Part shown: piece by piece, positions 24,834-37,885 of the stretch
How the letters are laid out: the number at the start of each line of letters is the position of its first letter
Position numbering within the stretch: the stretch's first letter is position 1
Assembly: GCF_001194135.2 (NCBI RefSeq)
Contig: NC_068986.1
Span: forward strand, 83,977,691 to 84,035,604
Length of the DNA stretch: 57,914 nucleotides
Source: Octopus bimaculoides
Lineage: Eukaryota
Direction: 5' to 3'
The notes under the pieces: generated by a model
What the model was told of the DNA's origin: nothing
The model's input: only the letters and a program-made list of their open reading frames with translations
The model's database searches: none
Made by a program: the position numbers and the translations under genes

Positions 24834-25617
24834 GAGAGAGAGAGGACAACTTACCATGGCTGCTTATAACTGGTAAAAAAAGAAGTTTGATATCAGTTTT
24901 ACTTCTGTTTTAATAGGCAAAAGAGTACTCAAAAAACTGTCAGCCTCTGAGTAGCTACAATTTCTAATTGGCTAAAGTCATGTATGTGACAGTGGTGACT
25001 GTCATTTGCATAATTTATTTTAAATAGGTAACATGTAGATAATATCAGTGTTTATTGTGTGTACCCTCCCATGTCAGTTCTGATCAAGTAGACATGCAGC
25101 ATATGGGATGTTTACAAATATCTAGATGTGTTCCACATAAACCATATTCTCATCTAACTGACAATCACACTGTAAACTCCAACATTCTGTGGTTAGTTAT
25201 ATGGGATGCAGCTTTGCAGTTTGTATATATATTTCTTTTTTGTGTATATTTTTGAGTTGATTGGAAGACAGCGTTTGTAAAATAGCATTGTAGTTTTCAG
25301 TAGAGCTGTAAATGTGATTGGGTTTGGGAATGATTTTGCATGTAGAAGCAAGGACTAAGTGTCACAATTTGCTGTGATAGTAAACTGTACCCCACATAAA
25401 AGGACTTTGGTATCATTATGCAATGGGTATAGTTTATGTGCATTATTTTGTGTTATTTATAATTTATTGTGTAGAGATTGAGGCCTAGAAAGAGCTGACA
25501 TGATCCATGATGGAGTAGTGTTGTTTATATACCATGTTGTCTGCTTTTTGTAACCAAATGAGTTACTTGTAAAAGACCCAGCATACATTTGTGCATTGTT
25601 TTGCTTTCAACATAGAC

Positions 25618-26242
25618 TCTTGTTTCAGTCATTTGACTGCAGCCATGCTGGAGCACCACCTTTAGTCAAGCAAATTGACCCCAGGACTTATACTTTATAA
25701 GCCTAGTACTTATTCTTTCAGTCTCTTTTGCTGAACCACTGATGTTANNNNNNNNNNNNNNNNNNNNNNNNNNNNNNNNNNNNNNNNNNNNNNNNNNNNN
25801 NNNNNNNNNNNNNNNNNNNNNNNNNNNNNNNNNNNNNNNNNNNNNNNNNNNNNNNNNNNNNNNNNNNNNNNNNNNNNNNNNNNNNNNNNNNNNNNNNNNN
25901 NNNNNNNNNNNNNNNNNNNNNNNNNNNNNNNNNNNNNNNNNNNNNNNNNNNNNNNNNNNNNNNNNNNNNNNNNNNNNNNNNNNNNNNNNNNNNNNNNNNN
26001 NNNNNNNNNNNNNNNNNNNNNNNNNNNNNNNNNNNNNNNNNNNNNNNNNNNNNNNNNNNNNNNNNNNNNNNNNNNNNATATACATATATACGACAGGCTT
26101 CTTTCAGTTTCCTTCTACCAAATCTACTCACAAGGATTTGGTCTGCCCGAAGCTATAGTAGAAGACACCTACCCAAGGTGCCATGCAGTGAACCTGGAAC
26201 CATGTTGTTGGTAAGCAAGCTACTTATCACATAGCCACTCCA
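25618..26242 (-). mobile_element. tRNA-derived SINE spanning an assembly gap
   Basis: Tail at 25618-25742 and head at 26078-26242 on - flank the N run at the internal microsatellite. Confidence 0.7.
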
Positions 26243-26461
26243 TGTGGAAAAGATATTGTTTGTAATTCCTAGTATTTTTGTCTATGTGTATGTGTGTGTG
26301 TAACCAGTTTATGCTGGTGAGTGTTGTGGTTGATTATATTTGATATTTGAAAGCAGTGTTTTGGAGTCAGGTTTTTAGGTGACTGATATAGGATTGAAGA
26401 TGTGCAACTATTCCTGGAAAGTAGTTGGAAGCTATGAGTGTGTATGTGTATATATATATAG

Positions 26462-26494
<33 letters not shown>

Positions 26495-26552
26495 NNNNNN
26501 NNNNNNNNNNNNNNNNNNNNNNNNNNNNNNNNNNNNNNNNNNNNNNNNNNNN

Positions 26553-26591
<39 letters not shown>

Positions 26592-26957
26592 GAGATTGTG
26601 TGTGTTTTAAGAAGTTTTGAGAATGTTGTATAGGTATACATAAGAAAGAATATGTGAGATGTCAGGTCTTCGCATTATTCCATTCAGAAAATTGCAAATT
26701 CTGGATGTCTTGTTTTTGAAAACTTACATACACTTGGTAACCTAACAGGTAGTTTCTCACCAGTGTTTTGTGTTGTTTCTTAAGGAAATATTGAATTATC
26801 CGAAAAAGATTTGAAATCTCCTTCAAGTTTCAATAATTTTGAAAAATGGATAAATATGCTGGATAAAGAGAATATCAGTTGTAGCTACAGGAAATGTTTA
26901 ACATACAGTAATATTTACTTAATAATTACACAATCAATAATTTTTATATTTTTACAG

Positions 26958-27536
26958 TTTGCATAACACGACCAACTGATGTGATTTTTGTTTTGGATTC
27001 TTCGGATAGCATTTCACAGCAAGAATTTGACATTCAGCTCAATTTCGTTATTGATATTGTGAAAAATGTCAATGTGAAGATCAGTGCCAATGAATCTCAA
27101 GTTGGAATTTATACATTTGCTTCTGGATTTGTTATGAACATTGGTCTTGGCAGCTACAGCAATGAATTATCTCTGTTGAAAGCAATTAGGAACATCCGAA
27201 GACTTCACGGATCTACCAATACACATTTAGCTTTAAATGATGTTCTCAAGAATGGTTATAGTAAAAATAACGGAGCTCGAACTGGTGTTCATCGTGTTGT
27301 AGTGTTAATTACAGATGGACAGTCAATATACCCTGACGATACAGCTAAGGCTGCTGATGCACTCCACAAAGATAACATTGAAGTAGTAGCTATTGGAGTG
27401 GGAAGCGATATTTCTAAAGAAGAACTGAAAAAAATAGCATCAAAATATCAAGAGATGCACTTGGTAAAAAATTATAAAAGTCTACAGACAGTTCTTGAAA
27501 AACAAATCATAAAAATAACCTGCGTTCCCCGACAAA
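26958..27536 (+). CDS. Four-VWA secreted protein, exon 4: VWA domain 2
   Basis: Acceptor tttttacAG, donor gtgagt at 27537; 579 nt, phase 1-1. CITRPTDVIFVLDSSDS...GSTNT...LITDGQS...KITC. Confidence 0.95.
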
Positions 27537-28294
27537 GTGAGTAAATATGCATTTATATTTTTGTAATTTAAAGTATTTTGCATTTGATAGATTCTTGTCT
27601 TAAGAATCACACTGCTAACACAGCCTTTAATATACTTGGTTATAAGCCTTTAATATATACTTAGTTGTATATTATGGTTGCAATATGAAATATGGTACCT
27701 CTACCATTAATCTATATGTACATACCAGTTACCAGAAATGTTTTTAATATGTAAAATTGGTGTATCTAATTGTGTTACACAGCTAAATTTAGTGGTTATT
27801 TGAGCAAAATGCTTGTGGTTGGATGTGGTGCTGAGGACGCAAGAAGCCCTGAAATATGCATATACACCCATTACACATTTTTCTATCTTTGATTGCATTG
27901 TTAACAGAGATGTATTCATATATGAAATGTTATAACATTCAATGCTGGCTCTAACTTCTATAGAAAATCTATAGAGATAACTTTGAAAAGTGATTGCACT
28001 GCTAACACACAGGTGAGACACAGTATTGACTTATAAGCCTTTAATATACTGGGTAGAATATTATGGTTGCATAATGAAACACAGTGTCCCTACCAGCAAG
28101 TCACTAAACCTTTTTTATTTTCTCTCCCTGTTTATTTCTGTGTTCCTTTCTGTGTTCCTTTCTGTCGAAGAGCGTAGGATCGAAACGTAAAAGACTTTCT
28201 CACTTCCCAAGCATCAAATTAATACATCTGTTTGTTGTTTACGCACCCAACTTTGTCGTTTGTTTTTTTGTAAATTTACACTAGATATATATAT

Positions 28295-29527
28295 ATACAT
28301 ATATGTAGTGCTGCAACATGGTTTAGCAACCATTATCTCGGCCTATGCCCCTCAGCTGGGGCTACCTGATGAACAGAGAGACTGATTTTTTTACACCCTC
28401 TGGCAGACAACCTCATCAACGAATGACCAGATCTGTGGATGGTGCAAAGCAGCCTCTCGACCCAAGGTAACATGGTGGTGGAACAATGTAGTTGACAGGG
28501 CCATTAGGGAAAAGAAACAGGCATGGAAGGACTGGAAGAACGGTGGTAGCAGGGAATTGTCTCAGATTGCCAGAAGGGAAGCTAGGAGACAGGCTTACTT
28601 AGCCAGAGGGGAAGCAGATAAGAAAAAATTTGCCAATGTTCTGTGTTGTAAGGACCAAAGACTTGAAGTGTTTCGTGTTGCAAGACAGTGTGTGAGAGAG
28701 AATCATGATGTCATAGGAGAGAAATGTGTCTGCATGGATGATGGCTCACTTGCATTTAATGAGGCTGCAAGGAGAGAGATTTGGAAACACCACTATGAAA
28801 GGTTGCTAAATGAAGAGAATGAATGAGAGAAAGAGAGTCTGCCGAATGTTGACACAACAGAGGGACCAGCTATCTGAATTGACAGCAACTTGGTAGATAA
28901 AGCAATTAAGGGTATGAAGACAGGGAAAGCCCCCAGCCCATCAGGAATCACCACAGAAATGCTTAAAATATCTGGCAGTATCAGCTATAGTCTATTTACC
29001 CATATAGTCAATCAGGTGATACACGAAGGAGTCATACCCATACAAAAGTAAAGGTGATGCATTAGATATGAATAATTACAGAGGTATCAAGTTATTGGAT
29101 CAGGTAATGAAAGTCATGGAGAGAGTCATAGCTGAACTAATTAGGGAGAGAGTCAGCCTAGATAAGATGCTGTTTGGGTTTGTGCCAGGGAAAAGCACCA
29201 CTGATGCTATATTTTTGTTAAGACAGCAGCAGGAGAAATACCTAGCCAAAGATAAACCTCTGTATCTGGAAAAGGCCTTTGACAGGGTCCCCCAATCCCT
29301 TATCTGGTGGTCAATGCAGAAACTAGGGACAGGTGAGTGGTTAGTGAGAACTGTACAAGTCATGTACAAGGATGCTGTCAGTAAGGTGAGGCTTGACAAT
29401 GAGTACAGTGAAGAATTCCAGGTATGGGGTAGGGGTCTACCAAGGATCAGTCCTCAATCCCCTCTTATTCATCATAGTCCTCCAGGCAATAACAGAGGAA
29501 TTCAAGACAGGATTCCCCTGGGAATTG
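28295..29527 (+). mobile_element. Decayed RTE-clade LINE (linker and RT N-terminal half), truncated just before YADD
   Basis: WWNNVVDRAIREKKQAW..KAPSPSG..NYRGIKLL..FGFVPGKSTTDAIF..LEKAFDRVP..GVYQGSVLNPLLF..GFPWEL; stops and frameshifts. Confidence 0.85.
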
Positions 29528-30949
29528 GATATTAATAGTTATCGCCAAGCTAACATGGCAGTGCAGAAAAATAGCTGCTCTACATTGATAAGGGGCAAAT
29601 ACCCTAAAACTAGTCTGTAGATGCCAGGCCAGCAAAGCGAAGTGGCTGACACCCCTGTTTGCAGGTTATAATGGACACAGGTTCATGTGTCACATAGCTA
29701 GCTTGAGGCGATGGCCTCTTAGAGCTAATTAATGGCAGCATTCATCCTATTTTTCCTTTTTCTCTCTCTTTTTCTTTTTTCTTTTGATTTTTTTTCTTTG
29801 TGATGTAATCTTGAGACTGAAAATGTTTGCGGCTGAAGATAGCTTTAAACCATCCTTTCCATCAATTATATACTCATATAATGATGTAACGACAGTTTGT
29901 GTATAAAGCTTGAAACACGTGTACCGCGGAATCCTTTGTGTTCTGTTTCCATTTTATGTCTTAATGTATATATATATATATNNNNNNNNNNNNNNNNNNN
30001 NNNNNNNNNNNNNNNNNNNNNNNNNNNNNNNNNNNNNNNNNNNNNNNNNNNNNNNNNNNNNNNNNNNNNNNNNNNNNNNNNNNNNNNNNNNNNNNNNNNN
30101 NNNNNNNNNNNNNNNNNNNNNNNNNNNNNNNNNNNNNNNNNNNNNNNNNNNNNNNNNNNNNNNNNNNNNNNNNNNNNNNNNNNNNNNNNNNNNNNNNNNN
30201 NNNNNNNNNNNNNNNNNNNNNNNNNNNNNNNNNNNNNNNNNNNNNNNNNNNNNNNNNNNNNNNNNNNNNNNNNNNNNNNNNNNNNNNNNNNNNNNNNNNN
30301 NNNNNNNNNNNNNNNNNNNNNNNNNNNNNNNNNNNNNNNNNNNNNNNNNNNNNNNNNNNNNNNNNNNNNNNNNNNNNNNNNNNNNNNNNNNNNNNNNNNN
30401 NNNNNNNNNNNNNNNNNNNNNNNNNNNNNNNNNNNNNNNNNNNNNNNNNNNNNNNNNNNNNNNNNNNNNNNNNNNNNNNNNNNNNNNNNNNNNNNNNNNN
30501 NNNNNNNNNNNNNNNNNNNNNNNNNNNNNNNNNNNNNNNNNNNNNNNNNNNNNNNNNNNNNNNNNNNNNNNNNNNNNNNNNNNNNNNNNNNNNNNNNNNN
30601 NNNNNNNNNNNNNNNNNNNNNNNNNNNNNNNNNNNNNNNNNNNNNNNNNNNNNNNNNNNNNNNNNNNNNNNNNNNNNNNNNNNNNNNNNNNNNNNNNNNN
30701 NNNNNNNNNNNNNNNNNNNNNNNNNNNNNNNNNNNNNNNNNNNNNNNNNNNNNNNNNNNNNNNNNNNNNNNNNNNNNNNNNNNNNNNNNNNNNNNNNNNN
30801 NNNNNNNNNNNNNNNNNNNNNNNNNNNNNNNNNNNNNNNNNNNNNNNNNNNNNNNNNNNNNNNNNNNNNNNNNNNNNNNNNNNNNNNNNNNNNNNNNNNN
30901 NNNNNNNNNNNNNNNNNNNNNNNNNNNNNNNNNNNNNNNNNNNNNNNNN

Positions 30950-31124
30950 ATATATACATATATATATACGACAGGCTTCTTTCAGTTTCCGTCTACCAAA
31001 TCCACTCACAAGGCTTTGGTCAGCCTGAGGCTATAGTAGAAGACGCTTGCCCAAGGTGCCACGCAGTGGGACTGAACCTGGAACCATGTGGTTTGTAAGC
31101 AAGTTACTTACCACACAGCCACTC
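30950..31124 (-). mobile_element. tRNA-derived SINE 5' half
   Basis: Reverse complement of the 4821 family head. Confidence 0.75.
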
Positions 31125-31848
31125 GTACCTTTTTCTTTTCTTTTACTTGTCTGAGTCATTTTAAACCATTGTCAAGATCCAGAGTGAATTGCAAAAGATC
31201 CTTGACTCACTTATAGAAAATGACTTCCAGGCCAGATTCCAATAGTAGCAGGAATGTGGGACCAGTGTATTGCTATGCAGATTGACTGTTTTGGAGGAGA
31301 TGATGTTAAAACTTAGGTAAATAAGTAATTTTTTATTAAACATAAGTAGTCCAGGAAACTTTTGATACTACCTCGTATGTATATACACACATATATACAC
31401 ACAAGCACAGGCACGCACGTGTATGTGTGTGTGCGTGTCTGTGTGTCTGTGTGTGTGATTGTGTCCATGTGTCTTCATAGGTGACACCCTTTGTGTTTGA
31501 AGTGTATATAATCTATTGTATATGTCATAGTTTTGTAATCATACTGTGCATAAACACATGCAGGCACATACATATGTGTAGCTGTGAAATTGAGTTTCCA
31601 CAACTTGTGATAAAAGATTTACATTTTCAAGATGTTTATTTCTATGAAACTTTGTTAATGTTATTTAAAGAAAGGTACAAGCTATTGTATCAGTTCTATC
31701 AACAGATTCTAAATTGGTAGCAACTCCCTTCTAAAGGCATTGCATTTATGTAACTAAGGTTCTTGAAAGAGGTATGAATGTCACAACCTTTTGTCCTATC
31801 TGTTAATGACTTTCTATGTATTTTATCTATTGTGATTTTTACTTCCAG

Positions 31849-32433
31849 TTTGCAAAGTTCGGCCCACCGATGTCATATTTGCCATAGATTCTTCAAGTAG
31901 CATATCAACAGAAGATTTTGCAAAGCAGCGGAAATTTTTGGCTGAGTTTGTAAAATACACTAAACTAGTCATTAGTGACAGCAATGTACATATGGGACTG
32001 TATACTTTTGCAGATAAATCTATTCAAAACTTCCGTCTCAATTCTTATAAAACAAAAAAAGATATTTTAGATGCTTTGAATAATCTTGTTCAGATACAAG
32101 GAGTCACAAATACTCATCTGGTCTTGCAAGAGATCTTAAGCAATGGTTTTAGTACATCATCTGGTGCTCGTGCTAATGCACACCACGTAGTGGTGTTAAT
32201 TACAGATGGCCAATCTGTGTTTAGAAAGAAAACAATTGACGCTGGTAAAGCCTTGCATCAAGCTGGAATTGAAGTTTATGCTATTGGTGTGGGTAATGCA
32301 ACTGATGACACAGAACTGAAAGCAATTGCTTCATCAGGAAGTACCCTCTTTACGGTCCCAGACTACCACACCTTAGATTTAATTGAGGAAGATATAAATA
32401 AAATTATCTGCAAAGATGCCAAGAATCAAACTG
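31849..32433 (+). CDS. Four-VWA secreted protein, exon 5: VWA domain 3
   Basis: Acceptor ttttacttccAG, donor gtaagt at 32434; 585 nt, phase 1-1. CKVRPTDVIFAIDSSSS...GVTNT...LITDGQS...KIIC. Confidence 0.95.
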
Positions 32434-33561
32434 GTAAGTGTTCACTTTCTCCACACACTATTTCCTCAACTGCCATTTTATTTGATACATTTCTTTCCAC
32501 TCATAGTTAGATAGGTACAGGACTTGTCAGTACTTCAATGCTACAGAAATATATCATTACCATTACTAGTACAATGGTTTCATAGTTTGACCTCCTTAAT
32601 GCAAAACATCTTGTTTGTTTTTTCTCTTTTCTGAATTTTTTATATTCTTCTTTCCATGTAAGCAAGAATGGGATGCATTTTGTTAGAGAACTGTTTTTGC
32701 ACCTAAACTGTTTCCTGCAACTAACAATTCAGTAATGAAGTAAAAGTAGAATGATGTTCATGGCTACTTGTAGCAATATGCCCATGTGGTCATTGGTCTA
32801 GCATCTTATACTTCACACTGTGACTAGAGAAATAGTTAAATCACAACCAACAATTCACTACTAACATTATTCAATATTTGCTTATCATAAATCTTTAACT
32901 ACCAAGAGTAGAGAAATGATAAAAACAAAATAGTGTAATAGAGTAAATGCCTTTTGATCAAAAATACATCTTATGCCAGAAAAATCACCTTGTGCCTATA
33001 ATTTATAGTATATTAACAGAAATATTTTTGTCCCTCTGAATTCCAAATCCAAGTCAACTAAGGTTGATTTGCCATGGATTCTTCTGAATTTGATATAATA
33101 AATACCAATAGTACAGTGATTAATTCAACCATCCACACATCTTTTCTCATGGAAAATACCTTGTACCTAGTCAAAAAATGATTCTTTCCTATACATAACT
33201 CTTTAGTTACCAGACCATATCATATGGCCTCTGGCTTAGTAATGCTAAACAATCTGTTTTAAAGTGTCTATATTTATACAAAACCTTTCCATCATAATTT
33301 TTCTATCAGAACTTTATATTCCAAAGACCTGCCTAATAATGACAAAACTAATTTTTCTTGATTATTTTCAAAATTAATTAAAGCACAGTTCATTTCATTA
33401 GAAAATGGATCATAATAGGTTAATGATCCTCTTTTAATGATAAATAAAATATAATAATAAAAACACAATTTTGTTTTTAAATTAGGCTTCGTATTCCTTA
33501 CAGAAGACAATTGATACAGTTATTTATAAATTTAATACAAAAACAATATTCTTCTTACTAG

Positions 33562-34106
33562 GGTTATGTGAGAATGGCAGTGCAGATGTGGTCTTCCTGA
33601 TCGACACTTCAGACAGTACTACTAAGAAAGATTTTTCAGAGGAGATGAATATTGTTTCTGCGTTTGTAAAATCATTGAGTGGACTGGACAAAGTTAAAGT
33701 AGCTCTTATAACATTTGCTTCTCACTCTGCCCTACAGTTTTCACTGACTACTCATACTACTAAGTCAAGCCTCTTGGCAGCTCTTCAAAACATGCAGAAG
33801 TCTCCTGGTTCTACAAACACTGCAGATGCTTTGAGGTTGGCTAAGGCAACTCTGCAATTAGGATCAAACAAACGTCGAGCAGTTGTCCTCATTACTGATG
33901 GAAAGTCAGATGACTCATTTGATTCTCTGCAAGCAGCTAAGGATCTTCGTTCTAGTAACATCAATATATTTGGTTATGGCATTAGTAATTCTGTTATTTC
34001 TGAACTGCAAATTATTTCAGGATCCATGTCAAATGTTGTTATTGGTGAAGTCTCAGAGGTGTCTGAGCAACTTGTGTCAAAGGTTCTCAATAGTTCATGC
34101 TCTTAG
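33562..34106 (+). CDS. Four-VWA secreted protein, exon 6: VWA domain 4 and stop
   Basis: Acceptor ttcttcttactAG; LCENGSADVVFLIDTSDS...GSTNT...LITDGKS...SSCS then TAG at 34104-34106. Confidence 0.93.
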
Positions 34107-34145
34107 AAACGATTACACAAGCTTCTAAAATATATGCATTTCATA

Positions 34146-34243
34146 AATAAATTGGTATTTCCAATTGAATATTTGTACTTTTTCTTAAATAAATTACATT
34201 GCAAACAAATCATATTCCCTGTTGTTCTGATCTCAACAATAAA
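34146..34243 (+). terminator. Candidate polyadenylation signals of the VWA gene
   Basis: AATAAA at 34146-34151, 34188-34193 and 34238-34243, shortly after the stop codon. Confidence 0.5.
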
Positions 34244-37200
34244 ATAACGATTTCTTAAATCAGCAAAAGCTGATGTCTTTGGTCATAGATATGCATGAAA
34301 CAATCAACTGAAGCCATTTCAGTATTTAACTGGTGTAAAATAACATACATGGTCACTCAATCAGCACCCAGATCTAAATAAATTCACACCAAATATCTTT
34401 AAAAAAGGATGCATTGGATAATACAGTATGGGCTATACTTCTCAACATCATCGTTTTAACAGTCACTTTTCCATATCTGCATGGGTTGAAGCAGATTTTC
34501 TACAGCCAGATGTCCTTCCTGTGGTCAACCTTCACCTGTTTCTAAATAAGGTAATATTTTCTTGACCAGACAGTCACAGAATATTGGAAATGAAGGACAC
34601 TACTTGCATTGCAGTGACAATCATTTACAACAATCATGAAAAGTGAAGGTAAGGAAACAGTAACACACACACACACAAACACAGACAATAAGCTTCTCTC
34701 AGTTTCCATCTACCAAATACATTGACAAGGCTTACCCAAGGTGCCATGTCGTGATATTAAATCTGAAACTATGTGGTTGAGAAGCAAACTACTTACCACG
34801 TATGTCTGAAGAAAGATTGGAAGGTCATTGTTGGAAAGATGGGATGGTCAAAGAGGAAGACTTCTCTATGATCATAGGTCTGCCTAAACAAAGACTGGTA
34901 CTTGCTTTATCAATCCTAGAAGGATGAAAGGTAAAGATTTGGTGGATAGAAACTCAAAGAAGCCTATTGTGCAGATGTGTGTGTGTGTGTGTGTGTGTGT
35001 GTTACCTAAACATATACCCTTCAAAGACAATACCATAAGTTCACAGGATGACCCAAACTCTGTGTCATGAACTAACAACATTTTTATGTCACTGCTGCAG
35101 AATACAACAGTGGACTATCCTGTTCTGTGCAACAAGGTAAATTGGGTCGTCATCATCTTCAGCATTTAATGACCATTTTCCATGCTGGCATGAATTGGAC
35201 AGTTTGATATGAGTTGGCAAGCCAAAGGACTATATTAAGCTCTAGTGTCTACTTTGACATGGTTTCTATCACTGGATGCATTTCCTAACACAGAGTGTAC
35301 TGAGTGCTTTTTATGTTGCACCAGCACGTGAGATCATCAAGTAATTTGCAAGACAAGAGCTTTCAACTGAGGGTCAGTAAATATTTTCATCAAAGACATT
35401 CCTCAATACTGGTAACAGGATACAAATATATGACTCCTTAACTGGGGCCCAATCAATGCAGTCATCTGTGTGCTTTTTATATATTTGTTTTCTACACTTC
35501 ATTTTCCTGATAATTCCAATGAATTATCAACTAATGTCAAATTAAAATAGATTCACTAGAAAGTGGAAATTACAAGACTCTTGAAGAATTAGACACAATC
35601 ATGGAGAAATTACTACAGAATCCTACTGAAAGTAATGTTAAGTATAGTATATAGCCTGGTAGACAATGATGCAGATGACTGGTGGCATGTGAAAGCAGCA
35701 CAGGTGATGTACAAGGAAGTCGAAATAGTAAATTTGACTGAGAACATAATGAGATTCTCTGCAGAAGCACATAATGAATTATAGTCAGACTGTTTAGTTA
35801 GATTATTGTATGTAGTAGTAGTAGTAGTAGTAGTAATAGTAGTAGTAGTAGTAGTAGTAGCAGCAGCAGTAACAGCAGCAGTAAATTTGTTATTTGGAGG
35901 TCAAGCAAGTGAAACCAACATAGTGACCAGTGTTCCAAATACGATACATTTTAGGGGATGGTTACCAATGATAACAACAAAGTAGTCAATGAATAAGCTT
36001 CCATGTAGTTATTTCATGTGCTAGAAATAACAGTCAAATTCCTCTCAAATCATACCCTACCATATAAGAAAAAGCACACATAGTAGTCCTAGATAGAGAT
36101 GAAAAAAATAGAATAGCAATTGTTGGAGCACTCTTGATCATAGCCTAACCTAAGAATAAACAATAAGTGTTTCTACAGATCTGTTGAATCTGAGCTATCC
36201 AACAATAACAAAATGTTTCTCTGATCAGAGAAAAAAAAGACTCCATAATGTATGTATGAGGCAGTTAAAGCTATATGACAGTAAAATATAAATACAGAAT
36301 GGAAAGGATATGAAGCAACTGGAGTGTAAAACACTGATCTTACCCATTGTGCTGCAGCCATGCTAGGGCACCACCTTCAGAGGTTTTAACCAGTTACTTT
36401 CACCCATTATTTTAAGTGGTACATATTTTATTGATCTTGTAAAGGAAGAAGGACAATGTCAACTAGATTAAACGGAATACTATGAGGTATTTTTGAGTGA
36501 CATTCTGATTCTTCAATCCCACACTTATATACATATATCATCATCATGTTACATTTGCTAACTTGGACCAAGATAACCTGTTATTGCGGATTCTTATTTG
36601 GAATTATTACCCTTCTAAATGGGGAAGAGGACTATAATTCTCTTGTATGTTTACAAGCTGGATGTATTTCTTTCACTGTGGGACATGTGAATTAATTAAA
36701 CAGAGTAAAACCCCAAAATTCAAGAATGGGAAGAAATTGAAGATTAATGTAAATACAACTTGCAAAACAAAATATTTCATTTACAGCATCACATGTCCAA
36801 ATTTCAATAAGAATTACATTATTTGAACAGAATCAAAATTTATAGATTGGGTTAGGGTGCATAAGAAACAAACCAAAGATATATTTGCTAGGAATGCTCC
36901 AAGTTGTAAACATCTAGACATTAGTAAAAGTGGAAAATTCAAAACGTGCCCCTTTTTCAAAATAAAAGAAGAAAATTACTGAATTTTAAAAGGTGAAAGA
37001 ATAATTGATAAAACATCTAAATCCGAAATTAAGCAGGAAACCACTACTAAAAACAACTGTATAAGGATTACTTTATAAGACATGTTTGAAAACTACTTAC
37101 ACAAAACTTCCTTCCATAAGGTCTGAGTTAATCTACTTTTTTAAAGATTTATTATTAATAATTTTTAATTAATAATTAATAATAATTTTAATTAATAATT

Positions 37201-37253
37201 TTATATTAATAATTTTTAATTCAAGAAATCAGTTTTTCAAATATGTAGATGCA

Positions 37254-37287
<34 letters not shown>

Positions 37288-37669
37288 TGTGCAGACAAAA
37301 CACATACATATAGATAACAACCCCCTTTGGTCACAAATGACCATAGAATTGCACCTAGAAAGTTCTTCTTCAAGGCATAAGTCCAGCCAAGGTTGTTTGT
37401 GGAAGACCAGCAGTCATCCTTGCATACAAGTGTCCCCACTCCATGACACTGATGTTGTCCGAGTGAAAGACAAAGGCCAATATAGTTTGGCACCAGTGAT
37501 ATCACAATTCATTTCTACAGTTGATTGAACTCTAACATGAAATAAGGTATTTTGCTCGAGAACACAACATTTAGCCTGGTCCAAGAATCAAAATCACAAC
37601 CTCACGATTGAGCTACATGCCTCCACTTGCATGCGCGCGCGCGCACACACACACACACACATGTATATA

Positions 37670-37885
37670 TACGAGGCAGTACACAAAAATAACCAGAAAT
37701 GTTCTCTATGAGGCAAGCCCATTGTAGTTTGACCTTCCGCTTCTAGAAGCCACTGATGCAATCTTCAGGCATCAGTCTGCTGACCAGTAGTGTTAAATAG
37801 GGTCATACTGCCACATGGTGTGTATTTGGTTTACGATGCTTCTCATTGTTTATCAATTTTGGTAATGGCTGAAACAAAGGAACAG
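37670..37885 (+). mobile_element. Possible mariner left end (TIR-like TA-CGAGG.., leader, start of transposase MAETKEQ)
   Basis: tacgaggcagtacacaaaaataaccagaa at 37670-37698; ATG GCT GAA ACA AAG GAA CAG at 37865-37885, immediately before the satellite. Confidence 0.35.
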
